DNA from: Octopus sinensis
Lineage: Eukaryota
NCBI RefSeq assembly: GCF_006345805.1
Contig: NC_043000.1
Span: forward strand, 96,038,001 to 96,102,000
Direction of reading: 5' to 3'
DNA length: 64,000 bases
In this document: in pieces, positions 38,734 through 50,025 of the stretch
Position numbering within the stretch: the stretch's first letter is position 1
Layout: each line of letters starts with the position of its first letter
Notes under the pieces: model-generated
Told to the model about the DNA's origin: nothing
The model's input: only the letters and a program-made list of their open reading frames with translations
Databases searched by the model: none
Program-made: the position numbers and the translations under genes

Positions 38734-39182
38734 CAGGCTTCTTTCAGTTTCCATCAACCAAATCCACTCACAAGGCTTTGGTTGGCCTGAGGCAATAGAG
38801 ACACTTGCTTAAGGCACCACACAGTAGGACTGAACCTAGAACCATGTGGCTGGGAAGCAAGCTTCTTACTACAAAGTCACATCTGCACCTCTACACTGCC
38901 ATGCTTGTGCCTCCACACAGGTACACCTGCACCTCCACTCAGCCACACATATTTTGTGTGTGTGTGTGCACGTGCCTTTGTGCTTGTCTGCCACTGCCAC
39001 TTGACAATTGGCAGTGGTCTGTTTACATCCCCGTAACTTAGCAGTTTAGCAAAAGAGACAAGGTGCTATGCCTAAAAAAAAATACTGGGGTCAATTTATT
39101 CGACTAAAACCCTACAAAGCAGTGGTGTCCAAACATGACTGCAGTCCAATGACTGAAACAGTAAAAAGATAAAAGATAAAAA
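38291..39182 (+). mobile_element. SINE A1 (+) split by an inverted SINE A1
   Basis: Head 38291-38455 and tail 38955-39182 on the plus strand flank a complete minus-strand copy. Confidence 0.75.
38471..38890 (-). mobile_element. SINE A1 nested in the opposite orientation, with a long (CA)n linker
   Basis: cttttacttgtttcagtaatttgactgcagccatgc...(CA)n...aggcttctttcagtttcc...accatgtggctgggaagcaagc. Confidence 0.85.
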
Positions 39183-39998
39183 CTCAGAATTAAATGGTTA
39201 GCATCTATGCAACTTCTCTGCTGAAACATGTAATTAATTTGTTCTTATCAAATGAAATGACTTTCACTATGTCATTTTATTCTAATTTTGATTCTTGATT
39301 CTATAAGTTCCATAATTCATTAAGCTGTTGGGCACAATGAAATCTATTGTGATGTTTTATATTTCAAATGTATCAACCTGGTGAAGCTTTTCCTCTTCAA
39401 TCCTTTAGTTACCAAATTTCTGTTGAAATACATTGCTTTTGTTTCAATTATTTTGAGTTAAAATGTCGTTATTGGGCTAAGTAAACAAAAATCACACACT
39501 TCTCTTGTAGTGAAAGTTAAATTGTTTGGGCCATGAACACAGAATTGCAAGATCTATTAGATAGCTTTTTCCTCTCTGAGATATACACCCAAGCCTAATA
39601 TTACACATTAGCTAAAAACTCGTCAATTCTACGTGTTTGGGTCATGGACACAGTTTGGAGACTATTATTAGAAGATTATTAGAATCAAGTGACCCATTAG
39701 CCAATGAGCTGACATCCCCATCAATTTCACTAGCTGTAACACACCAGTCACTAAAACTATGGTTTATGTTATGCATTGGCCATATAGAGAGAATACAGAA
39801 AGTTGCTTAAAGGAAATAGTCATTACTTGCTTTAAATGGGCTGAAACTAGTTATTACTCACACTTCACATTAAAATGTCTGCCTGAGAAAGGCAATCGGC
39901 TATCTGAGTTTGTAAAAATATGCCACTTGTACAGGCCAGGAAGAATAGTCATGAAGCAATTCGAAAATGAGAAAAGACAAGTCTTTTGCTATGTGGGA

Positions 39999-39999
<1 letters not shown>

Positions 40000-40095
<96 letters not shown>
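40000..40095. repeat. Compound microsatellite (CT)10(AT)27(AG)11 forming a perfect 96-bp palindrome
   Basis: CT 40001-40020, AT 40021-40074, AG 40075-40096; self-complementary from 40000 to 40095. Confidence 0.95.
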
Positions 40096-40096
<1 letters not shown>

Positions 40097-40377
40097 CATG
40101 TAATTTAAATTGAAGGAATTAATTTATAAATATAAACACACTGTTTGCACTAAAGAAAAATGAAAAACAACTGATATGTCAGAGTTGTTTAATTCAGACC
40201 ACCCTTCAAAACAACAGATTACATAACAACAGAGATAATACAGTGAGAGAACAGAAATATAGATACAAGGTGAGGCAGTATTCAACTTACATCAGAATTT
40301 AAGAAGGTTAATGACCCATGTTTGAGTGTGTGTGTGCAGACACACATACATAAAAACAAGTGTGTGTATCTGTGTGT

Positions 40378-40420
<43 letters not shown>

Positions 40421-42040
40421 GATGAAAAATAAAAACATTTACTAGTAAACATATAGTAATATAATACTTTCAAAACATGGTAAAACAGAAAATTACATCA
40501 AAAAGTATTCAACATGATAAATATCAATAATATAAAAAAGAAGAATAACATTTTAAAGTTAATTTGTTATTACTTTGTAATAACAACTTTATAGTCTACC
40601 TACTTAGTCATCATGACTACTACTTCAGAAAATTTAATTGCACCTTATTGACACCACAATACCAAAATACTAAAAATACAAGGTTTATCAATTCAACAGT
40701 AGTTTTGTAAGATTGTCATCTTTAACTAAGATACCAGTCTTACAAAACTTAAGAGGAAAGTTCTTATAAATTACTCTCACCAATCCCAATTATATTTGAT
40801 TTTATACATAATTTTTAAAAATATTTTCAGTATCTTAAACATACAGTAAAAAAAAAAAACATCTTTAAAGTAACTAAATATTTATCTAATATAGGATATC
40901 CACAAAAAAAAATACTTAAAAAAGAAAACGCGCTATGAATACCAACTAAAGCAACTTCAAACAAATTTTATAACAACATATTAATTCTCCATTAAAAATT
41001 AATAAAACCTTCCAGTAAAAGTTTTTATTCATTTTCCCCAGAATTCAAAAAACTGTTAGATAATTAAATAATACAAACTTAACGCAATGTTAACTACATT
41101 ATCATTAAAAGTAAATAAATTACCTAACGATATCAAACACACATAGTACATAAGAAAACAAGAGTATACCCATGAAGTCTAAATGTAAAATAATAAAAGT
41201 CAGCAAACCAGCATGTTCATAGGTGCAGATGTAGTTTTGATGTTAAGAAGTTTGCAGGCATGAATGCATGATTACAAAGTCTGCTTTGCAGTCCTGTGGT
41301 TTTGGGTTTAATCTCTCTGCATGGCAACCTAGGTATCTTTTACTCCAACCCTGGGCTGACCCATGTCTTGTGAGTGAATATAGTAGCTGAAAACTACAGA
41401 AGGCTAGTCGTGTTTATATAAGAGTGAGTATGTGTTTATGTGTGCATGTGCATGTATGCACACACAAGCGTGCATGAATAACATTCTATGTTTGTTGTCA
41501 CATAAGTGAAACAATGATTATGCTCACAATACTTGTTGATGTTATGAGTGGTTTCTGTATTTTCAAAGACTTCTGGGAGACAAAAATCTCTTACTTGAAA
41601 AACATGGTTTGGCACTAGGAAGAGCATCTAGCCTCAAAATCCTGGTTCAAATAGTTCTCTATAGCATAGAAAAGTGGGCATCAAAAGAAACCAACAAACA
41701 AACGCATGCATAATGCATGAAATTTAATAAGGGGGGAAAAAATCAGGATCAAAACAGGGAGCTGAGGGATAATACTCAAGTACAAGGAACAAGAAAAAGA
41801 AATGCAACAATGGACCTGTGGTAGCCTCGTGACATCTAACAACAAATATTTACACTTCATTTATTGTCTCATGTTATGAAACACTGTATACTTAGTAAAT
41901 ACATCCAATGGCAATTGTTACTTCTGTTAGCATACTGGTGATGAGTGACTAGACACTCTATTGTTTAAAAGTGACTAGTTTCAAAAATTGCAATTTAAAA
42001 TGTTAATTAACAGAGATATTAGGGTTGCAATAAATCATTC

Positions 42041-42610
42041 AGGCACAGACATGGCTGTGTGGTTAAGAAGCTAACTTTGCAACTACATGGTTTCAGGTTC
42101 AATCTCTTTGCATGGTACCTTGGGCAAGTGTCTTCTACAATACCACAATACCATCAGGCCAACCAAAGTCTTGTGAATGAATCTGGTAGGTGGAAACTGT
42201 GTGGATGCCACTGTGTGTGCATTCACTCTCCCACACTTCTTGACAACTGGTGTTGGTTTATTTACAGCTCCATAACTTAGTAGTTCAGCAAAAGAGACTA
42301 CTAGAATAAGTACCACACTTAAATATAAGTACTGAGGTTGATTTGTTTGATTAAACCCTTCATAGCAGTGCCCTAGCATGCAAGGCTGTGGAGTCAGAGT
42401 TGTGGAGTCAGTAAAAGTATACCAACTCTAATTCCGACACAGAATGTCTTTATTCTTTAATATAAACCAGTTATAACATATAGGCCTACTCAAAGTACAA
42501 GCATATGCATATGCTTTATGAGATATGTAGACCAGGAGTTGGAGTCGGAATTGGGGGTGAAGTTTTTTTTTTGTTTTGACTCCACAGCCCAGCCAGCATG
42601 GCTGCAATCC
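42041..42610 (+). mobile_element. SINE A1 interrupted in its tail by a hAT MITE
   Basis: The tail motif GCAGTGCCC(C)AGCATG|GCTGCAATCC is split at 42380/42593. Confidence 0.8.
42381..42592. mobile_element. hAT MITE with GGCTGTGGAGTC termini
   Basis: TIR CAAGGCTGTGGAGTC / GACTCCACAGCCCAG; 8-bp TSD CTAGCATG (42373-42380) / CCAGCATG (42593-42600); subterminal GGAGTC(G/A)GA repeats. Confidence 0.88.
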
Positions 42611-42721
42611 ATACATATATTTAACTGGTTGTACTCAGAGTTTGCATCACATAAAAAGATAAAATATATCACCAATTTTTAGAACAAAAACTAGGTGATT
42701 GCATTGTACTTGATTTAAATG

Positions 42722-43662
42722 CCATATCAACATGTCTTTGGTAGCAAACACACACACACACACTCTCTCTCTCTCTCTCTCATTTAAAACTGTACTTTCC
42801 ACCTTTTCTTTAATCAAGATCACATTATTCTTGAATATATATGGTGAGATACTATTTGAAACAAAGCGTCATATTTTTAAATAGATCTGTCAACATATTC
42901 CAGTCACCTAAAACTATATTCCTTGAAAAGCAATGTTTATTCTATTTTATTTAATGGGTCACTGTACCAATTTTAAAATTCTATTGTTAAAATACTAATA
43001 TTGTGTATATGAAAAGGCTAACGACCTGATACTGCTTGTTCAAAACATGTTTTCTTGTCCTCCAGCAAAATCAACCAATGTTATCTATAAAGTTACACTG
43101 CTCAGTTATAAATTTCACACATACAAGAGTTCATTGATTCATTTCTTTGTTTTAACATCTGATTTTCCATGCTAACATGGCTTAGAACGAAAGAGTTATT
43201 TTGAGGCAGGATTTTACAGCTGGATGCTCTTCCAGTTACCAATCTTAACTTGTTTTTAAAGGAAAGGATATGTTCTTCTTTATTCCAAAATAAAATTAAC
43301 CCTTTGGTTTAAACCTTTGGCATTTAAACCAGCTATATCTAGTCCAAATATTCTATCTGCTTTATATTCAAGCCAGCCAGATCCAGCCTCTCACACCCTA
43401 TCCTACAAATCGACTATAAAGATAAACAATTACATCATCAAAATCTTGAATCTATAAGATAATGCATGATTAATTCAAAACTATGTGAATAAACAAGCAT
43501 TGCATTTGACACAGTAATGTGAATGCCAAAGGATAAAGCTATAAGTCTTTTCTCAATATTTCTAGAAAAATCCATATCAACATAATGTCTTTGGTAGCAA
43601 ACACACACACACATACTATCTCTCTCGCTCTCTCATTTAAAACTGTATCCTTCCATCTTTTC
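42722..43662 (+). repeat. About 90-bp direct duplication (42722-42808 and 43572-43662)
   Basis: CCATATCAACAT(AAT)GTCTTTGGTAGCAAA(CA)n(CT)nCATTTAAAACTGTA..TTCCA.CTTTTC in both copies. Confidence 0.85.
43300..43536. mobile_element. TTAA MITE family P1 (opposite orientation to 2592)
   Basis: TTAA|CCCTTTGG..AAACCTTTGGCATTTAAACC ... GAATGCCAAAGGATAA; body collinear with 59811-60030. Confidence 0.7.
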
Positions 43663-43756
43663 CAAAATTCATCAATTTCACTGTTGCCATGAGGATCTAA
43701 CTATTCTCAGTGTAACCATGTAACAGAACACTTCATCCCAAATGATTCTTTCAACA

Positions 43757-44301
43757 GTTGTGTGCAAGAGAGAAGACTGTGTTGGTTTGATCATGAGGTT
43801 CATGTGGATGAGGACAGCTGCATAAAGAAGTGCCAAGCTCTAATTGTGGAGAGTACTTGTGGAAGGACTAAACCCAGGAAGATGTGGGGAAGAAGTGGTG
43901 AGAAAGGATCTTCAGATGCTGGGTCTCACTGAAGAAATGACAAGAGACTGGGTGATGTGGCAATTTGCTGTGCTTGATAAGACATGTTAAGCTAAGTAAA
44001 ATCATTGTCTTCCACACATACAGGCTTGTTCTTTCAGGTGCCAGTGCCCCTTAAAAAGCACCTGTGCTGGTGCTGCATTAATGCAACAATGTTGGTGCTG
44101 CATAAGCACACCCATGTCACTGGCACATAAAAAGCACCCAGCACACTCTGTTAAGTGGTTGGCATTAAGAAGGGCATCCAGCGGTAGAAATCATGCCACA
44201 ACAGATAGTTGTAGCCTGGACAGCTCCCTGTTAGCTAGTTCCATGTCAAACCATCCAACCCATGCCAGCATGGAAAGCAGATGCTAAACAATGATGATGA
44301 A
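43757..44301 (+). mobile_element. RTE LINE 3' end (ORF C-terminus + 3' UTR + (ATG)n tail)
   Basis: VQERRLCWFDHEVHVDEDSCIKKCQALIVESTCGRTKPRK..., RKDLQMLGLTEEMTRD; tail ACCCATGCCAGCATGGAAAGCAGATGCTAAACAATGATGATG. Confidence 0.88.
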
Positions 44302-45235
44302 CAGTTGATTGACTACTATTACCTCCAAAATGACTGGCAATAGAAACTTCCATCACCCAGTAGTTCTTCAAATCATCAACCATTACTCACTAAACTCCAG
44401 CATAGTTTCTATAAATGAAAATCAACTAGTGATTGTTTTTCTTGTTCTTTTGGATTGGAAATTTCCTATCAAGCATCAAGGATAAACTTTTTGAATGCTA
44501 TTGCAGCTAATCCTTTTTTTTTTTATTAATGATCCTTTCTATTATTAATATCCTCTTATCTGTTAATGAGAGAACCACAGCTGGCCCAATTGATAAAACT
44601 TGAGTTTACTAGCTGACAGTTGATAACCTGAGTACCAGTGAACTAACTGGTACCATGTGGTAGTGCAACCCACCAGCAGAAGCACCAAAAACAGTATATG
44701 ACTGATATTTTTGCATTGCATTATTCATCATTCTTATCTTTTAAACTTGGGTGGGCCTGCAAAGATCATGAAAGTGACCCCTCTACCATCAACTATATAA
44801 TTACAAAATTGTGCAAATTGAATCCATCTTAAACTTGAAAGCTACTTCATAAGCATGGATTGTCAAAAGCTTATTTCTCTTATACATTAAATATTAACCA
44901 AGGTAATATGAAATTAATATTGAAAAAAAAAATTAACATTTAAAAATTTCTTTAAAAATTTCCTTATTTTATATTACATGTTTCCATGTGTATTTAAAAT
45001 CCTTTTCATAAATAAAAAAAAAACATTTTTCAATGGCATTTTAGAACTGGTGTCACATTAGCTAAAACTTTAAATTTCAAACTGAATATATTCATGAGAA
45101 GGTAGAGTTTATGCAATCAAAAGTTTGAAACACTTCAGTGTCTCGAAATCCCTAGGACAATGTTCTTCAAGGTAAAATACAACGGCAATTAGAGAATTCA
45201 TATTCAAATGAGCTGGCATGTATTAAGAATAGATA

Positions 45236-46110
45236 GGCGCAGGAGTGGCTGTGTTGTAAGAAGCTTGCTTCCCAACCACATGGTTCTGCATTCAGTCTCA
45301 CTGCATGGCATCCTGGGCAGGTGTCTTGGGCCAAACAAAGCTTTGTGAATGGATTTGGTAGACAGAAACTGAAAGAAGCTCATCATATATAGATACATGA
45401 TATGCTGTGCCTGAGAAGACCCATGAAGCCAAGTGATATCATAGTCATAGCTGATGCTGGTGTCACATAACTGGCATCTGTGCCAGTGGCATGTAAAGAG
45501 CACCTTTTGAGTGTTGGGTCTCATGGAGACAAAGTGGCTGAGTTCCTTTTCAGCGCTGGGCTTCAGGAAGGCAAAGCAGCTGAGTTCCTTTCAAGTGTAG
45601 GGCCTCATGGAGGCAATGACCGAGACCTTTGGCATTATGTCATGTTTGAGAAGAAGCCCCATCAAGCTGAGCAAAATCATAGTTGTGGCAGATACTAGTG
45701 TCACACAAATGGTCCCCTTGACAGTGGCACATAAAAGCACCCATTACACTCTCAAAAAGGTTAGCATTAGGAAGGGCATCCAGCCATAGAAAACCATGCC
45801 AAATCAGACTGGAGTCTGGTGCAGGCTTCCAGCTAACCAACCCTGGTCCAACTATCCAACCCATGCCAGCATGGACAATGGACATCAAATGATGATATAT
45901 ACATATGCATTTGTGTGTCTGTGTTTGTCTGCCCACCATTGCTTGACAACCGATGTTTGTGTGTTTATGTCCCCATAACTTAGCGGTTTGGCAAAAGAGG
46001 CTGATAGAATGAGTACTAAGCTTACAAAGAATAAATCCTGGGGGCAATTTGTTTGACTAAATATGGTGCTCCAGCATGACCGCAGTCAAATGACTGAAAC
46101 AAGCAAAAGA
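45236..46110 (+). mobile_element. SINE A1 with an RTE 3'-UTR (45399-45896) inserted in its central linker
   Basis: Head 45236-45385, RTE UTR ending CATCAAATGATGAT, then the A1 body and tail resume at about 45897. Confidence 0.82.
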
Positions 46111-46204
46111 ACATGTTATTGTCTATATTCACATTGTTTTACATGCACCTAATGAATTATCAACTTGGCAGACATCAGTACACATCACTTAATCATATTT
46201 TATT

Positions 46205-46560
46205 TTATTTTTTATTTGTTTTAGTCATTAGACTATGGCCATGCTAGAGCACCACCTTGAAGAATTTTTAGTCGAATGAATTGATCCCAGTACTTATTTT
46301 TTACAGCCTTGTACTTATTCTATCAGTCTCTTTTGTCAAACCACTAAGTTACGGGAAAGTAAACACACCAACAACGGTTGTCAAGCAGTGGTAAGGAACA
46401 AACACATACTGGGCTTTTATCACTTTCTGTCCACCAAATTCACTCACAAGGCTTTGATCAACCTGAGGATATAGTAGATGACACTTGCTCAAGGTGCCAC
46501 ACAGTGGGACTGAACCCAGAACAATGTGGTTAGAAATTAAGCTTCTTACCACACAGCTGA
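46205..46560 (-). mobile_element. SINE A1, full length, tail-to-tail with the preceding copy
   Basis: ttagtcattagactatggccatgctagagcaccacc...cacttgctcaaggtgccacacagtgggactgaacccag. Confidence 0.85.
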
Positions 46561-47607
46561 TTTCTATAAACAAAAACCACAATTCTTGTTTAGTTTCAGT
46601 GATCTGGGCTAGCTTTGACTGAAGAGATGCACAATGAGGTCAAAACCACATTGTGTAACCTTCAAGTATGAATAGGTATGTTATTGTTTATGATCATCAG
46701 TCTATTTCCTCTTTATGATATCCTCAACATCCAAACACATCATTATTCTCACTATTAAGTTCCACCAAAACACTTCTAATTTGTCTAATTGACTTTGTAG
46801 CCAGAAAGAAGACAGGAATAGATGGATGGATACAAGATTAATTTACAAATTGTAAATACGAAATGTAACAAAGAGAAACTGAATGCAATAAATGCATAAA
46901 TTGATAATTTATAAACAATGAAGATTTTTCAGTTTAGCACAGAGAGAACAATACAAGACAATCAATAAAACAACAGACTCGTTAACTTTTTAGTATTAAA
47001 AAATGTTCTCAAAGATAAAATGATTTCACTACATTAAAAAAGGGGGTGGGGAACAAAAGAAGTCAACCTTCAGCTAGTTATGCATTCTATTAAGTGAAAT
47101 AAATTGTTTCCAAACCAGTCCCTTAATAGTATATTATAAAGGATATAATAAATGTAATAGACTGTTAAAACAGTCTATTACTCACTCATCTCTATGCAGA
47201 CAATAGAAGGATTTTCAATTGACACTGGGCTGCTAGATTTTCCACAGTTCTCAATTACAATTGCTTCAAACATCTCATTCTAAGTTAAAATCAATTGGAT
47301 AACAAAAAAAAAGAAGCAACAGATTTATGCTATAAACCTCTTTTTCCTCATGTATCAAATGCTGCCAATTTTTTGAGTAAATTGTGTGTGTGTGTGTGCA
47401 CGCGTGCATGTGAGGGATATTTTAAACAGAACTGTAATACTGACTGAATAAATAACTAAAGATTTATTTCTTTATATATTTATTTTGCTCTTACGAAAGG
47501 GTGTTTTAACTAACTAGGAAGAAATAAGTGCCAAGTATGTAAATACTTAATTGTACAGCTCATATCTATTTCCTACAGAAATATAAGCAACTTGTATTTG
47601 TGTGTGT

Positions 47608-47675
<68 letters not shown>

Positions 47676-48718
47676 CACTCACACACTTAACATAGATACA
47701 TCTATTTATACACATGCATACATACATACACTGAATTTATGTTAATGATAGAAATGCTCTAGAAGCTAATTACAGTTGAGCCTATTAACACTTTGCTCCT
47801 AAACCTGGGTGTCATACCATTAAGGCCTAAACACCATCCCTGATGCTGTACTAAACCTACTCTAATCATAGCTTCCATCAATAATTTTCCTTAAATTAGG
47901 AGGAAGTAACTCAATCCTTTCATACAAGAGCATGTGTAGGTACACACACACACACACACACACCACACACACACACAGAGAGAGGCTTGCTCTCTCCTCA
48001 CTTACACACATACAAATCAAATGAACTTATGACATTTCAAAGATTTTATAATGGAGGTGGAAAGCTAAGCCATTCATATGAGAAAGTAAACTGATATTTT
48101 TTGCTCTAGGTTTCAAATGCAGCAAGGATGACACTTTCGAACAGACAATAAATAACAACACACACTATCTAGCATTTTCTAACAGTCAATACAAAGTATT
48201 GATAGGTTTAAATAGGAAAAAGAGGTGGGGGGGGGAGACTGAGCAAAGATACTTTTACATAGAAATCAATGCAAAAATACTATTGACAAGAATTCAACAC
48301 ACACACACACACACACACGTGTGTATGTGCATGCAAACACAGACACAAGAAGAAAAAAAGCCTACCAACTGAGACGAAACGTATAAAGATACTTAAATTA
48401 TCCAAAGCAAAAATCTTTTTTGAATCACAAAAGACACTCTAAAAAGAAAAAAAGTAAATAACTAGGGAGAGAGAAAAAAAGATTTATTGTAGATTGTTAT
48501 TAACAAATTCCAAAATATGTCAGAGAGAAAGAAAAGGGGGATAAAAAGGATCTATATAATAAATGTGATTTATATTCAACAATATCCTATTTCAGAAAAC
48601 CTGAAATTTCCACTCTGCTTTAATAATAATAATTCTCTGCTATTATAATCATTAATTCTATATGTTTTTGTGATATGATCATTATTATTATTATTATTAT
48701 GGAGGGAGGGGTAAAATT

Positions 48719-48915
48719 GGTGAAGCAGGAATCATTAGCATGCCAGACAAAGTGCTTAGCAGATTTCATCTTTACATTCTGAGTTCAAATTACACAGAGA
48801 TCAACTTTGCCTCTCATCCTTTCAAGGTTGATAAATTAAGTATCAGTGAAACACTGGGGTCGATGTAATCAACTAGTCCCCTCCCAATAAATATCAGGCC
48901 TTGTGTCTTTAGTAG
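48719..48915 (+). mobile_element. SINE family B, older copy
   Basis: gagttcaaatt..cagagatcaactttgcctctcatcctttcaaggttgataaattaagtatcagtgaaacactggggtcgatgtaatc. Confidence 0.8.
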
Positions 48916-48991
48916 AGAGGGTCGTTGTCGTCATCATCATCATCATCATTATTTGGAATTGGCACAATCAGTGAAGCAACAGACTTAGTAT

Positions 48992-49396
48992 TACTCTTTT
49001 TTACTCTTTACTCTTTTACTTGTTTCAGTCATTTGACTGCGGCATGCTGGAGCACTGCCTTTAGTCGAGCAAATCGACCCCAGGACTTATTCTTTGTAAG
49101 CCCAGTACTTATTCTATCGGTCTCCTTTGCCGAACCGCTAAGTGACGGGGTAGTAAACACACCAGCATCAGTTGTCAAGCAATGCTAGGAGGACAAACAC
49201 ACAAACACACACATACACATATATACATATATACGACAGGCTTCTTTCAGTTTCCGTCTACCAAATCCGCTCACAAGGCATTGGTCGGCCCGGGGCTATA
49301 GCAGAAGACACTTGCCCAAAATGCCACGCAGTGGGACTGAACCCGGAACCATGTGGTTGGTTAGCAAGCTACTTACCACACAGCCACTCCTGCGCC
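48992..49396 (-). mobile_element. SINE A1, young full-length copy
   Basis: Intact head GGCGCAGGAGTGGCTGTGTGGTAAGTAGC and B-box GGTTCAGTCCC; probable TSD AGTAT (48987-48991 / 49397-49401). Confidence 0.92.
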
Positions 49397-49631
49397 AGTA
49401 TCTTAGTGTTTAGTTATATCTCTTTAGAATCTGAGATCAAATACTGTCAATGTCGATTTTGCCTTTTGATTTTCTGAGGATCAACGAAATAAAGCACCTG
49501 TGGAAACACTAGAGGGAAATATCATCCAGTATAATCCTCTCCCCAAAATCTGTGATCATGAGTCCATGTTAAAAATCAATCTTATTATTATTATTTTTAT
49601 TATCATAATAATAATTATTATTATTATTATT

Positions 49632-50025
49632 AAGCTAATGTTCTTTTGAGGTTTGGTGACAAGTCTCCTCAAATCCCAAGAATCTTAGAATTCTTGCAAA
49701 ATACAGGATGATACTTTTCAGCAGGTCAACAGTACAAGTCTCAATTCCATAACTTCAGTCTCTTGGGTAGCAGTTTGGGTATTGTATCAAATGACCAATT
49801 ATCACGTGTATAATATAACTGCTGTTTTAGTTACCCACAGTCTCTTCAGCTCTCTGGCTAGGTCCTGATATTTCTCTTTTTTTTTTTCAATTTCTTTGGT
49901 ATCAACTCTTTTATCATTAGGAATTATAAAATCTATGATCTTACACAGTTTGTTTATTGTTTCTTCTACAACCATATCTGGTTTCCTTGTTTCAATAGTA
50001 TGGTCAGTCTTTATAGGGAAGTCCC
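49632..50025 (-). pseudogene. 3' fragment of an R4/Dong-type non-LTR retrotransposon (restriction-like endonuclease domain)
   Basis: Open frame DFPIKTDHTIETRKPDMVVEETINKLCKIIDFIIPNDKRVDTKEIEKKKEKYQDLARELKRLW (PD-(D/E)..KxxKY RLE signature). Flanked on both sides by (TTA)n-rich tracts (49582-49631; 50026-50068). Confidence 0.82.

Noticed and set aside
39759-40076. 105-aa ORF as a nested gene
   Set aside because: It has no recognisable domain, ends in a microsatellite translation (YIYI) and has no convincing splice structure.
49320-49396. tRNA genes at SINE heads
   Set aside because: A/B-box-like motifs are present, but there is no complete cloverleaf and each runs directly into a SINE body.
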